A DNA stretch of 64,000 nucleotides from the NCBI GenBank assembly GCA_965237995.1, contig CBDEGO010000006.1:363208-427207 (forward strand). The letters run 5' to 3'. Of the stretch, positions 1 through 9,566 are shown in pieces; within the stretch, counting starts at the first letter, position 1, and each line of letters opens with the position of its first letter. The notes under the pieces were generated by a model. It did not search any database. It was not told where the DNA came from and saw only the letters and a program-made list of their open reading frames with translations. This DNA is from Candidatus Poriferihabitaceae bacterium. GTDB taxonomy: Bacteria > Pseudomonadota > Gammaproteobacteria > Arenicellales > Poriferihabitantaceae. A program made the position numbers and the translations under genes.

Positions 1-1
1 T

Positions 2-361
2 ACCAGTTTGAACAACGAACGCTTTGTGTTGCGTGAAAGTGGCTCTGGTACCAGAGGTGCGATGGAAACGATGTTTAATGAATATGATATTCACCCCAAT
101 GTCAGCACTCAGTTATCAGGTAACGAAGCGATCAAACAAGCGGTGGAAGCCGGTTTAGGGCTTGCGTTAGTTTCATTTCATACCGTTGATTTAGAATTGA
201 AGGCGGGCAGGTTGGTCACCCTTGATGTGGAACACTTTCCCATTGCTAAAAAATGGCATATTGGGCACCGTAGTGGCAAAAAGCTATCTGCTACAGCACA
301 AGCTTTCTGGGACTTTGTGCTCGCTGAATCGCAATCGCAAAGCGCGTCAATAAAACATTAG
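2..361 (+). CDS. LysR-family regulator, C-terminal substrate-binding domain (5'-partial; CbbR/CysL-like)
   Basis: Frame is open from the window start. Motifs FVLRESGSGTR, NEAIKQAVEAGLGLA and LDVEHFPI..W...HR.GKKLS..AQAF are typical of the CbbR-like LysR effector domain. Confidence 0.85.
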   Translation, partial: TSLNNERFVLRESGSGTRGAMETMFNEYDIHPNVSTQLSGNEAIKQAVEAGLGLALVSFHTVDLELKAGRLVTLDVEHFPIAKKWHIGHRSGKKLSATAQAFWDFVLAESQSQSASIKH

Positions 362-377
362 CAATGAATGGCCAGCT

Positions 378-1142
378 TTAGCGCTCTGTTATAGCCGCGA
401 GCATTGCTTCATCCATTGCTGAATCGGCAACCAAAATATCAGGAAAGTACTCGTCGAGAGCCAATTTAACGCGCTCACTCGGCACGATCACTTTCGCTGT
501 ATTGGGCAGACTTTCCTTTGTGTATGTCAGGCGCGTAGCCAAACCTTGGCCGGACTGCACACTCGTGCATAAGACGGCTAACTGTTTAGCCGACCTGAGT
601 TTCTCCAGTTTTTTAGCTTCTATTGAGGTACAAATACTGCGTCGCTGATAGGCCTCGACATACGTGACGGTGGCCCCTCTGCGTTGTAACTGCTGTTTTA
701 AGGTTTCCCTTCCTGATTGACCGCGATATATGATGACATGTTTATTCGCCAAATTTTGTAGTGCAGATAATTTCAACACACCTTCACTGGTATATTCACC
801 GTCACTCGGGATGGTTACTTCACTGATTCCCTCCAGTCGAGAAGCAGTGCTTTGCCCGACGGCGATTAACTCACCTGTAGCCCCAATCTGCTGTTGGTAC
901 CATTGCATGCTGATTTCTTTGGCAGCATGTTGGCTAACAAAGATGTGAAAGTCAGCACATAGGTTACGCTTAACTTCCGCTGCAAATCGTGCTTGGTTTT
1001 TAGCAGGTAAAATGTCCAAAACTGGAATAGCAAGGCCTTCACCACCGGCTTTGCGGACTAAATCGTATATCACAGACGATTGGTTACTCGGCCTTGTAAT
1101 GACCACCGTCCAGCCTGTTAAGCTGAGTTTAGTCTCCAGCAA
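378..1142 (-). CDS. hemD: uroporphyrinogen-III synthase
   Basis: VVITRP, HIFVSQHA, AVGQSTA, RGQSGRETL, VEAYQR motifs; overlaps the 3' end of hemC. Confidence 0.9.
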   Translation of the reverse strand: MLETKLSLTGWTVVITRPSNQSSVIYDLVRKAGGEGLAIPVLDILPAKNQARFAAEVKRNLCADFHIFVSQHAAKEISMQWYQQQIGATGELIAVGQSTASRLEGISEVTIPSDGEYTSEGVLKLSALQNLANKHVIIYRGQSGRETLKQQLQRRGATVTYVEAYQRRSICTSIEAKKLEKLRSAKQLAVLCTSVQSGQGLATRLTYTKESLPNTAKVIVPSERVKLALDEYFPDILVADSAMDEAMLAAITER

Positions 1143-2067
1143 ATTCTTGATAAACGCTTTGCAATATGCCGTCTGCGCCTTGTTGAATTAGGTCGTGCGC
1201 GAGCTGTTCGCCTAATTCCTGTGCCTGCGTCGTAGCGGCTTCACCTGAACTAATCAATATCGTTGAGCCATCTACAGTACCGACTTTGGCGCGCATACTT
1301 AATTGGCCATGTTGTAACTCAGCAAACGCTGCCACTGGAACATGGCATCCGCCACCTAACATTTTATTAGCGGCGCGTTCGGCTGTGACACGAATGAATG
1401 TAGCCTCGCAGTTGAGCGGCGCAATGAGTTGATTAACGCGCGTGTCGGCGGCTCTACATTCAATGCCTACGGCACCTTGCCCCACAGCAGGCAAAATTTC
1501 GTCAACGCTAATGCGCTGCCTAATGCGTTGGTCAAACCCCAGTCGTATTAAGCCTGCAGAAGCTAGAATGATGGCGTCGAAATCACCATCATCTAAGCGT
1601 TGTAGGCGCGTGTTGACATTGCCACGTAAATCAATCAATTGTAAGGTCGGGTAACGAGCCGCAATTTGTGATTTTCGGCGCAAACTGCACGTGCCGACTT
1701 TAGCATTTTCAGGTAAGTTCGCTAAGCTGTCATAATGGTTTGAGACGAATGCATCGCTTGGGTCTTCTCGTTTACAGATGGCAGGAATATGCAAACCCTC
1801 TGGTAGCTCAACGGTCACGTCCTTCATCGAGTGCACAGCTATATCTACACTGCGATCTAATAAGCCATTCTCAAGCTCTTTTAAGAACAAGCCTTTACCG
1901 CCAACCTTGGCTAAAGCGGTTTTAAGGTGTTTATCGCCCGACGATACAATCTCCACTAATTCAATGTCTAATCCTGCATGCAGAGCCAATAAGCGGTCTT
2001 TCACATAATGGGCTTGCCATAATGCTAGCGGGCTTTTGCGCGTGCCGATCTTTAAGACATTGTTCAT
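1129..2067 (-). CDS. hemC: hydroxymethylbilane synthase (porphobilinogen deaminase)
   Basis: IGTRKSPLALWQA, GGKGLFLKELE, DIAVHSMKD, LRGNVNTRL, GGCHVP. Start moved to the ATG at 2067, which overlaps the upstream stop (ATGA). Confidence 0.97.
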   Translation of the reverse strand: MNNVLKIGTRKSPLALWQAHYVKDRLLALHAGLDIELVEIVSSGDKHLKTALAKVGGKGLFLKELENGLLDRSVDIAVHSMKDVTVELPEGLHIPAICKREDPSDAFVSNHYDSLANLPENAKVGTCSLRRKSQIAARYPTLQLIDLRGNVNTRLQRLDDGDFDAIILASAGLIRLGFDQRIRQRISVDEILPAVGQGAVGIECRAADTRVNQLIAPLNCEATFIRVTAERAANKMLGGGCHVPVAAFAELQHGQLSMRAKVGTVDGSTILISSGEAATTQAQELGEQLAHDLIQQGADGILQSVYQEFAGD

Positions 2068-2603
2068 TTCTCTATGCTTTTTTGCCGCCATTTCATCAGC
2101 AGTAATATGGGGAGCAAGATAATAAGTTCTAGCACCATAGCACCCAAGTTGTGCATCGAGAAAATCGAATTTAGCGCTTGTAGTAAGGTATCTGAACGCG
2201 CCCCGTGGTGAATATTAGTAAAGAACGTCACGGGGGCAATGTAATACTCATCGCTAAAAGGCCATAGCAATTGCATACCTCTAGGCGCCGAACTGTCAAT
2301 GGTAATGGCATCTAGCAACAAGTGTGACAGATAGGCCAAACCGCCGACCAGCGCTATTTTACTCGCTTGATTTGAATAAAGCTTAGAGACAATATAACAA
2401 GCGCCGGCGAAGATGATAGCCGCCATAATGGAATGGCTAGCCATATGATGAAAGCGATTGAACTGACCGACCAAAGCACCTGCGACAAAATCTAAATCAG
2501 CCGCGTTAGCGGCAAAAATTATATACAGTAACCACGGCCAACTAAACGTTTGGCGTTGGTTGCTGATTAAACCGCCTAAGGTATGGCCAACTGGGGATGT
2601 CAT
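2064..2603 (-). CDS. membrane-bound metal-dependent hydrolase (YdjM/DUF457-like)
   Basis: GH near the N-terminus, DLD, HHMASHS, SHLLLD and G.QLLWPFS motifs; several hydrophobic segments. Confidence 0.8.
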   Translation of the reverse strand: MTSPVGHTLGGLISNQRQTFSWPWLLYIIFAANAADLDFVAGALVGQFNRFHHMASHSIMAAIIFAGACYIVSKLYSNQASKIALVGGLAYLSHLLLDAITIDSSAPRGMQLLWPFSDEYYIAPVTFFTNIHHGARSDTLLQALNSIFSMHNLGAMVLELIILLPILLLMKWRQKSIEK

Positions 2604-2613
2604 CGTGAGCAGT

Positions 2614-3267
2614 TTAGCCTTGTGAAACGCGTAAACGCAGGGCCTTAAACCCCATTGTCGATAAGCGATTGTCGTCAGAAGTCATCGCGTCGTAACTAGC
2701 ATAAGGGCCTATTCTTACTCTATAGTATTGCTTTTTATCGATGCTGACGTTCTGAATAGCTGCTCGCAAACCACTCAGCGCTAATTTCGCCTTAAGCTGT
2801 TCGGCATCTGCCTGTCGTTGATACGAGGCAACTTGTAGAAAGTAACTATTACTTGCGTCTTGCTTAGTCGCTTCTTTTTTAGGTGACGCATTGCTTGCCT
2901 GCGCGTTAGCGTCTTCAGTAGGTGAATTCTTCGGCAATACCTCTTCAATGGCTGGTAACACCGTATAAAAGTCATAATCTGCGGTCTCGCGAGGTGTTTG
3001 ATCAACGATGATGGGTTCTGGCGCAACATGGTTTGCTTTTTGTCTTTCTGCGCTCAAACGAGACTTATCTATCATGTCTTTTAGTCCACTACCGATATCG
3101 CCCTCATGGCTAGTTTGATAACCTTGCCAAAATAAGGTGGACAGTACACCGATAACTATACCGGCAAATAAAAAGCTAAAGGATTGGCTTAATAAACCAA
3201 AACCTATTGGCTTATCGGCTTTACGCTTGGGCGATTTAGCGGGTTTTTTTCTCTTGGCCTGCACCAT
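2614..3267 (-). CDS. SPOR-domain cell division protein (FtsN-like)
   Basis: Basic N-terminus, one TM helix, YDFYTVLP motif, C-terminal SPOR domain (YFLQVASY...YYRVRIGPY); usual position downstream of argS. Confidence 0.85.
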   Translation of the reverse strand: MVQAKRKKPAKSPKRKADKPIGFGLLSQSFSFLFAGIVIGVLSTLFWQGYQTSHEGDIGSGLKDMIDKSRLSAERQKANHVAPEPIIVDQTPRETADYDFYTVLPAIEEVLPKNSPTEDANAQASNASPKKEATKQDASNSYFLQVASYQRQADAEQLKAKLALSGLRAAIQNVSIDKKQYYRVRIGPYASYDAMTSDDNRLSTMGFKALRLRVSQG

Positions 3268-3268
3268 G

Positions 3269-5002
3269 CTACATGGTTTCCGGCGCGCTTACGCCTAGTA
3301 GGGTTAAGCCATTTGCAATCACCACGCGCACGGCATCAATTAATGCTAGCCGCGCATTACGCAAGTGTTCTTCCGATGAAATAAACGGGTGTGCATTGTA
3401 GTAAGTATGAAAGGCCGTCGCTAAGTCTCGAACATAATACGCAACTTGGTGCGGCGCGTAATCACGGGCGGCTTTTTCTAACACTTCAGGATAACGTGCC
3501 AATTCCATCATTAAATCGTGCTCATGCGCTTCTTCTAGCAAACTGTAATCGGCCTTAACTCCTGGCTGTAAACCCTTCTCTTGTAACTGCCTAAATACGC
3601 TACATACTCGGGCGTGCGCATATTGAACATAGTAAACAGGGTTATCTGACGATTGTGACTTAGCGAGTTCTAAGTCGAAATCCATATGTTGTTCCGGCTT
3701 ACGCATCGCGTAGAAAAAACGCGCTGCATCTTTGCCTACTTCCTCGCGCAATTCACGCAGGGTGACAAAATCACCTCCACGAGTTGACATCGATACTTTT
3801 TCATCGCCCCGATACAATACTGCAAACTGCACCAATAAAACGTGTAAGCGTTCTGCATCTTGACCCATGGCCTCGAACGCTGCTTTAACACGTGGAACAT
3901 AGCCATGATGATCAGCGCCCCAGATATTTATCAGCTTATCGTACCCGCGCTGGCGTTTATTCAGGTGATAGGCAATATCTGCAGCAAAGTAGGTATGTAC
4001 CCCGTTTGCGCGCAATACGACTCGGTCTTTTTCGTCACCATAGTCAATCGACCTGAACCACCAAGCGCTATCTTTCTCATAGAGCTTATCGTTACTCTTT
4101 AGGATTTCCACCGCTTGATTGATCATACCGTCATCAAGCAGCAATTTTTCTGAAAACCACGTTTCAAAATCAACACCAAACTGACTCAAATCTAGTCGGA
4201 TATTATCAACTAAAGCGTGTAAGCCTGCGTTAAACACAGTGGCATAACCTTGTTCACCCAAACCACTACGAATGCGTTCAATCAACCCATCAATGCTTTC
4301 TTCGGCATCTTCCGGCAAGTCGGCAAATAAAGCCGCTGAGTCTAATATCAGCGCATTTGCATGTTCTCGATGCAGCGTAGCCGCTATGTCCCAAACATAA
4401 TCTCCTTTGTAACCGTTATCAGGCAAACTCACGGTTTCACCGGCTAGATCTAAATACCGCACATAGACACTCGCAGCCAAAATTTGCATTTGCCGACCAG
4501 CATCATTAACGTAGTACTCAGAGTCAACTTGGTAACCACATGCACACAGTAAACGCTTAAGCGCGTCTCCGTAAGCAGCGCCTCGTCCATGGCCTACATG
4601 TAAAGGGCCTGTAGGGTTTGCCGAAACAAACTCTATCATCACTTTTTCGTTTGCACCAATTTGGGAACGTCCGTACTGCGTGCCTTGCTCGCGAATCAAA
4701 TCGATAATGGCTGATTGGGCATTCTTGGCTAGGCTAAAGTTGATAAATCCAGGCCCGGCAATATCGCACTTTTCGATGCCTTCACTTGCGGGCATCGCTT
4801 CAATTAATTTGGCAGCCAAATCTCGCGGATTCATCTTCGCCAATTTAGCCAACACCATTGCGATGTTGCTCGCGAAATCTCCGTGCTGTTTATCGCGTGC
4901 ACGTTCTACCTGAATACGGTCGCGCGCCTCGATGGGCAGGATATTTTCGCTAACGAGATGTTCAACCGCTTTGGCGAGCGACTGTTCGACGAGCTTTTTC
5001 AT
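3269..5002 (-). CDS. argS: arginine--tRNA ligase
   Basis: HGDFASNIAM, IAGPGFINF, EFVSANPTGPLHVGHGRGAA (HIGH), WGADHHGY, MSTRGG, NPVYYVQYAHAR, GVSAPETM. Confidence 0.98.
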   Translation of the reverse strand: MKKLVEQSLAKAVEHLVSENILPIEARDRIQVERARDKQHGDFASNIAMVLAKLAKMNPRDLAAKLIEAMPASEGIEKCDIAGPGFINFSLAKNAQSAIIDLIREQGTQYGRSQIGANEKVMIEFVSANPTGPLHVGHGRGAAYGDALKRLLCACGYQVDSEYYVNDAGRQMQILAASVYVRYLDLAGETVSLPDNGYKGDYVWDIAATLHREHANALILDSAALFADLPEDAEESIDGLIERIRSGLGEQGYATVFNAGLHALVDNIRLDLSQFGVDFETWFSEKLLLDDGMINQAVEILKSNDKLYEKDSAWWFRSIDYGDEKDRVVLRANGVHTYFAADIAYHLNKRQRGYDKLINIWGADHHGYVPRVKAAFEAMGQDAERLHVLLVQFAVLYRGDEKVSMSTRGGDFVTLRELREEVGKDAARFFYAMRKPEQHMDFDLELAKSQSSDNPVYYVQYAHARVCSVFRQLQEKGLQPGVKADYSLLEEAHEHDLMMELARYPEVLEKAARDYAPHQVAYYVRDLATAFHTYYNAHPFISSEEHLRNARLALIDAVRVVIANGLTLLGVSAPETM

Positions 5003-5051
5003 GATTTGTTACGCAGGTAAATCACTTAATCTAGTACCGACCAAATAAGAT

Positions 5052-5075
5052 AAAAAGCCCGCTAATAGGCGGGCT
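5052..5075 (-). terminator. rho-independent terminator after trxA
   Basis: Stem AGCCCGC/GCGGGCT with a 6-nt loop; A-tract at 5052-5056 reads as a U-tract on the minus strand. Confidence 0.7.
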
Positions 5076-5106
5076 GCTAGCTGATGTAGATACGAATAAA
5101 CGAAGA

Positions 5107-5436
5107 TTAGGCGATATTGCTATCGATAAAACTGGCTAAGTCAGACTTAGAAGAGCCACCTACTTTAGTGCCTTCAACATTGCCGTTTTTAAATAACATG
5201 AGTGTTGGAATGCTACGAATTCCATACTGCGGCGGAGTTTGCGCATTATCATCGACGTTAATCTTGGCAATTTTAACCTTGCCTTTGTAATCACCCGCTA
5301 ACTCTTCAAGGATAGGGGCAATCATTTTGCACGGCCCGCACCATTCCGCCCAGTAATCTAATAGTACTGGCACGTCGGAGTTAAGCACTTCCTGTTCAAA
5401 ATTATCATCGGTAATTTCTACAATTTGATCTGACAT
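5107..5436 (-). CDS. trxA: thioredoxin
   Basis: WAEWCGPCKMIAP active site, YGIRSIPTL; divergent from rhlB as in many gammaproteobacteria. Confidence 0.97.
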   Translation of the reverse strand: MSDQIVEITDDNFEQEVLNSDVPVLLDYWAEWCGPCKMIAPILEELAGDYKGKVKIAKINVDDNAQTPPQYGIRSIPTLMLFKNGNVEGTKVGGSSKSDLASFIDSNIA

Positions 5437-5472
5437 AATTTAACTTTTACTAAATCAACTAACGTTGTTGGA

Positions 5473-5500
5473 ATATGGGTATAATGTAGGGTTCATCAAG
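5473..5500 (-). promoter_or_regulatory. putative sigma-32 (RpoH) promoter of trxA
   Basis: Minus strand reads CTTGATG-N13-ACCCATAT, close to the CTTGAAA-N13/14-CCCCATNT consensus. Confidence 0.55.
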
Positions 5501-5597
5501 CATCCGCTTGAGCCTAAATTCCCACTGTGAATTTCCGCCTCTATAGGCGTTGGACACCTTGAGACTGGCCATTTAAATATTGAGCTAATTATACAGC

Positions 5598-7238
5598 ATG
5601 CAGGACAAACATCTAAGCGAACAACGCTTTAAAGATTTACCCTTACATCCTTTACTAAAGGAAGGCGTTTCCAATACGGGATTCGAATTTTGTACACCGA
5701 TTCAAGCGCTTGCGCTACCTATTGCCTTACAAGGCAAGGATGTGGCTGGACAAGCCCAGACGGGTACTGGCAAAACCGCTGCTTTTTTGCTGGCGACATT
5801 TCATCATATCTTAACTCAACAAGAGGCGGCTAGTTCAAAGGACAAGGCCGAAAGCACTGCGGTAGAGAGCAGCGCACAATCTGAAACTAACGCAGGCGAC
5901 GACGGTGAAGCTCTGCAGATAGCGGGTAAAGATGCAAGTGAAACACCCGAAGCAGATGGAGAGATAGAGCCGGAAGAACAGCATGCAGAGCAAAAGGCTG
6001 ACAGCGGTGAAAGTGATAAGGCGACTAAAGCCAAGAGCAACCCTAAGCCAGCAAAAGAAGACAAGGGCGCGATTAAGGCCTTAATTTTGGCTCCGACTCG
6101 GGAATTAGCTATACAGATTCATAAAGACGCAGTGGAGTTGGCAAAGAGTACCGACATTCGGCTTGCGCTTGCTTATGGCGGCACCGGTTACGAGGAACAA
6201 AAACAAACCATCGAAGCCGGCGTTGATGTGCTGATCGGCACGCCTGGCCGTGTTATTGACTATTACAAACAAAAGGTATTCCATCTTAACGCTATTCAAG
6301 TGGCGGTTATGGACGAAGCTGATCGCATGTTTGATTTAGGCTTTATAACTGATATTCGCTACTTACTGCGGCGGATGCCAGAAGGTTCAAAACGCCTTAA
6401 TTTACTTTTTTCTGCTACCTTGTCGTTTCGAGTGGATGAACTTGCCTACGAGCACATGAATGGCCCAGAGAAAGTAAAGGTTGAATCTGAAATGGTGGTG
6501 CAGCGCATCGAAGAGATAGCCTACTATCCCGCGCAAAACGAAAAAATCACCCTACTCATTAACTTATTGAAAGAGGGTGAAGAAGACAAGCGCACCTTAG
6601 TGTTCATCAACACCAAACACGAAGGCAATAAAGTCGCCGCGTGGCTAGAGGCCAATGAACTTCCCTGTGCTATTTTATCGGGCGATGTGCCACAAGTTAA
6701 ACGTGAACGATTGTTGAAGAAGTTCCACGATGGCAAAGTCGATATCTTAGTGGCGACTGATGTTGCAGCTCGCGGCCTACATATTCCCGATGTCAGTCAT
6801 GTGATAAATTATGATCTACCACAAGACGCCGAAGACTATGTACACCGCTCAGGAAGAACCGCTCGAGCAGGCGCTAGTGGCCACGCCATTAGCCTTGCCT
6901 GTGAGAAATATGCTTATTCGATGATGGACATTGAAGAGTATATTGGCCATCGCATCCCCATTGGTCAGATCACCAACGAGTTATTAGTTGAACCAACAAA
7001 CAAACCTGATTTAAGCAAACTAGATTCAGCGGATTCTAAGCGCAGAGGGTCTAGTGGCAGAGATGCGAAAGCACGTTCTTCAAGTACGACTAGAAGCCAA
7101 GTCGATGGTGAACGGCCAGACCGTCCAAACGTTAAGTATGTTAATCCTCTTGAAGCGAAACCCGATAGAGAGTCCAAGTTCGTAGCGCCTCCTAGTAAGT
7201 TTTCCAGCCGATTTGGTGAAGTGCCAGCATTGGGATAA
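5598..7238 (+). CDS. rhlB: ATP-dependent DEAD-box RNA helicase RhlB with a long acidic insertion
   Basis: FCTPIQALALP, GQAQTGTGKT, APTRELA, DEAD, LFSAT, LSGDVPQ.KR, HRSGRTARAG; divergent from trxA. Confidence 0.92.
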   Translation: MQDKHLSEQRFKDLPLHPLLKEGVSNTGFEFCTPIQALALPIALQGKDVAGQAQTGTGKTAAFLLATFHHILTQQEAASSKDKAESTAVESSAQSETNAGDDGEALQIAGKDASETPEADGEIEPEEQHAEQKADSGESDKATKAKSNPKPAKEDKGAIKALILAPTRELAIQIHKDAVELAKSTDIRLALAYGGTGYEEQKQTIEAGVDVLIGTPGRVIDYYKQKVFHLNAIQVAVMDEADRMFDLGFITDIRYLLRRMPEGSKRLNLLFSATLSFRVDELAYEHMNGPEKVKVESEMVVQRIEEIAYYPAQNEKITLLINLLKEGEEDKRTLVFINTKHEGNKVAAWLEANELPCAILSGDVPQVKRERLLKKFHDGKVDILVATDVAARGLHIPDVSHVINYDLPQDAEDYVHRSGRTARAGASGHAISLACEKYAYSMMDIEEYIGHRIPIGQITNELLVEPTNKPDLSKLDSADSKRRGSSGRDAKARSSSTTRSQVDGERPDRPNVKYVNPLEAKPDRESKFVAPPSKFSSRFGEVPALG

Positions 7239-7300
7239 CGCTCTTTGTGCTTAGCTTAACCAATAAGAGCTTTTCGCAAGCCAACAAATAAATAGGCAAT

Positions 7301-7328
7301 AAAAAAGGCCGCTAGTTGCGGCCTTTTT
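7301..7328. terminator. bidirectional rho-independent terminator
   Basis: AAAAAAGGCCGC-TAGTT-GCGGCCTTTTT between convergent genes. Confidence 0.85.
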
Positions 7329-7344
7329 AGCAAACACAGTTCGA

Positions 7345-7926
7345 CTAAGTGTTAGGGTTGTCCTCTCCGACTTCACCTTTATCATAGCGAGAAGCAAACT
7401 CTGTTTGCGCCCCTTTGGCTAAATCACTGGCCTGCGAAACCCATTGTTCGCGCTGAATACGACCAGGAAAAGAGATAAAGTTATCGACCCATTTGATGTT
7501 ATCTTCGGAAAAATCGGCGACCTGAGTAAAGTGATAAACACCTAAGCCGTTTAGTGTTTCCTCAATAACTGGCCCTACCCCCTTAATTCGCTTTAAATCA
7601 TCTGCCTCACCATTCGGTGCACTTAAGCCTTTAGGCCGCATATCTTCTGAAACGACAATTTCGTCTGCCGCAGCAGGAGCTGGTTTGGCCTTAGCTGGCT
7701 TAGTAGCAGTTTTCTTATCAACTGCTTCTTTGTCAATACTTGCTACTGCTTCACCCGCAGCAACGCTTGTTGCAACTGAGCTAGCGCTTGCCGAATCAAT
7801 CGTCGATGAATCGTCTTCTTTGCAATCCCGACCACAAATAACGCCGCGCAAAAGCCAGCCAAGCAATAGGCCGAGCAAGAAAGCTAAAATGATCCAGAAT
7901 AATGTTTGAATAAATAGATAGCCCAT
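7345..7926 (-). CDS. membrane-anchored protein with C-terminal helix-hairpin-helix-like domain (COG3743-like)
   Basis: N-terminal TM helix, Ala/Lys/Pro linker, then DDLKRIKGVGP...LGVYHFTQVA...FPGRIQREQWVSQA. Confidence 0.75.
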   Translation of the reverse strand: MGYLFIQTLFWIILAFLLGLLLGWLLRGVICGRDCKEDDSSTIDSASASSVATSVAAGEAVASIDKEAVDKKTATKPAKAKPAPAAADEIVVSEDMRPKGLSAPNGEADDLKRIKGVGPVIEETLNGLGVYHFTQVADFSEDNIKWVDNFISFPGRIQREQWVSQASDLAKGAQTEFASRYDKGEVGEDNPNT

Positions 7927-7936
7927 AATAATACCC

Positions 7937-9364
7937 TTATTGTTTTATATCGAATTGAATACGGCGATTTTGAGCCCGCCCTTCTGCTGTTGAATTATCA
8001 GCTAGAGGCGCAAGTTCTCCGTACCCTTTTGCACTAAGTAAGGTGCTGGATACCCCTTGTTTAACGAGGTAATCTCGCACCGCATTTGCTCTAGTATTGC
8101 TCAAAGTCAAATTCATATCTTCGTCACCGGTCGCATCGGTGTGACCTGCTACCTCTATGGACCCACCTTGTAGGCCAATCGCGTCTCTACATTCAGCAAT
8201 CAATCCAGCAATTTGGTTAAGCAACGGATAACTTGAACTGTCTACCACGGCACTGCCAGATGCAAAGTTGATGTTTTGCGTGTGCATGGTGTTATTTAGA
8301 CGGGTCTGGCAACCAGTAATGATCGCTTTTCTATCTGCTTCTATTTTAGCAAGTCGGGCTGCCTCGGCCTTGGCTTGTTCTGCTGCTTTAGCCTGCTCAG
8401 CGGCCAGTTTCTTGGCTTGTTCCACGGCTTCGGCTTGCTCAGCGGCTAATTTCTTGGCTTGTTCTGCTGCTTTGGCCTGCTCAGCAGCTAATCTCTTAGC
8501 TTGCTCTGCTGCTTTGGCCTGCTCGGCGGCTAATCTATCAGCTTGTTCTGTCCTAGCTTTCTCTGCTTCGTAGGCTTTGGTTTGTTCCGTAGCAATGCGT
8601 TCAGCGTCTGCCTTTGCTCGTTCAGCGGCGAGCGCAGCCGCCTTGTCTGCTGCAGCTTGGGCAAGTTCTTCTGCGGAAGGCCCGCTAGGTTGAACAGTGA
8701 TAGAGCTGCTCACGCCGCTGTTAAACAGCCCGTTTACACCAGCTAATAAACTCGTTTTAGTACCAGCGTCTTCGACCAAACCACCAAAGCTTCTAGTTTC
8801 ATCGTTTATTTGAATATTGGCTTCGCGCAACTTAGCCATACTAGGCATTAGTATGTTCATACCCTCTAACCAGTCTGGCTGACGAACGCCTTGGTCGATA
8901 TTCATACGGTTTATTAGGTTTTGCGAACCAAAAGCGCGAGCTGCGGCTGTCATGGTTGCATCGATATCATCTTGCGTAGGCATTGCTCCCGACAGGACTA
9001 TTTTCTCGCCTTGATGCCTTAAATTAAAAGAGGGTGAAGCCAATTCAAGTATTGTTGTTTGGTCTTCGACGATGCGTACACCATACACTTCTTCAGCCAA
9101 TGCAATAGCGCTTAGACGCGCTTCATCAGACGGAGCCGCCCCTTTAAGCAATACATCTCGACCGCGTCGATTTAAATCCACGTCTGCCCAATCATGACCG
9201 GCGCTATGTAAGGCTTGCGTAGTGCGTTGCTGAATGTCTTGTTCGATCGGTTCCCTCTTGTTAAACCACATCAACGCATATAATACCAATAAGCCTAACA
9301 AGGCCCACAACATCCACTTTGCGCACGACATTCCAGCCCCTAAGCCACATAGACCTCTAGCCAT
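7937..9364 (-). CDS. BON-domain / OmpA-like peptidoglycan-binding protein with Ala-rich coiled-coil repeat (ArfA-like architecture)
   Basis: TM anchor, BON-like GRDVLLKG...GVRIVED, AEQAK repeats, OmpA C-domain (INFASGS, IEVAGHTD, LSNTRANAVRDYL, GRAQNRRI). Confidence 0.85.
   Translation of the reverse strand: MARGLCGLGAGMSCAKWMLWALLGLLVLYALMWFNKREPIEQDIQQRTTQALHSAGHDWADVDLNRRGRDVLLKGAAPSDEARLSAIALAEEVYGVRIVEDQTTILELASPSFNLRHQGEKIVLSGAMPTQDDIDATMTAAARAFGSQNLINRMNIDQGVRQPDWLEGMNILMPSMAKLREANIQINDETRSFGGLVEDAGTKTSLLAGVNGLFNSGVSSSITVQPSGPSAEELAQAAADKAAALAAERAKADAERIATEQTKAYEAEKARTEQADRLAAEQAKAAEQAKRLAAEQAKAAEQAKKLAAEQAEAVEQAKKLAAEQAKAAEQAKAEAARLAKIEADRKAIITGCQTRLNNTMHTQNINFASGSAVVDSSSYPLLNQIAGLIAECRDAIGLQGGSIEVAGHTDATGDEDMNLTLSNTRANAVRDYLVKQGVSSTLLSAKGYGELAPLADNSTAEGRAQNRRIQFDIKQ
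8369..8536. repeat. intragenic tandem repeat, 4 x 42 bp (14-aa unit ~KLAAEQAKAAEQAK)
   Basis: Units start at 8369, 8411, 8453 and 8495 (cttggcttgttctgctgctttggcctgctcagcggctaat..) with a few substitutions. Confidence 0.9.
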
Positions 9365-9566
9365 AATTGATTACCTAATTTAGTTATGTTTGAGTTGTCG
9401 TTCCATCGGTGGCGTATATAAACCACCTATACGACCAATTATACCTTTAATCTACCCTATAAATCAATTAGTTGCGAACTGCCGCCTGTATAAAGCCTAT
9501 TTCTACCTATAGTGATTCTGTATACTCGCCCAATGTTCATTCAGTCGTCTTACTTGCCAAATTAGC

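Noticed and set aside
5817-6068. RhlB insertion as an intein
   Set aside because: Low-complexity acidic sequence with no Cys/Ser start block or His-Asn end.
8369-8536. Tandem repeats as a CRISPR array
   Set aside because: The 42-bp units are contiguous with no unique spacers, are in frame within a CDS, and no cas genes are present.
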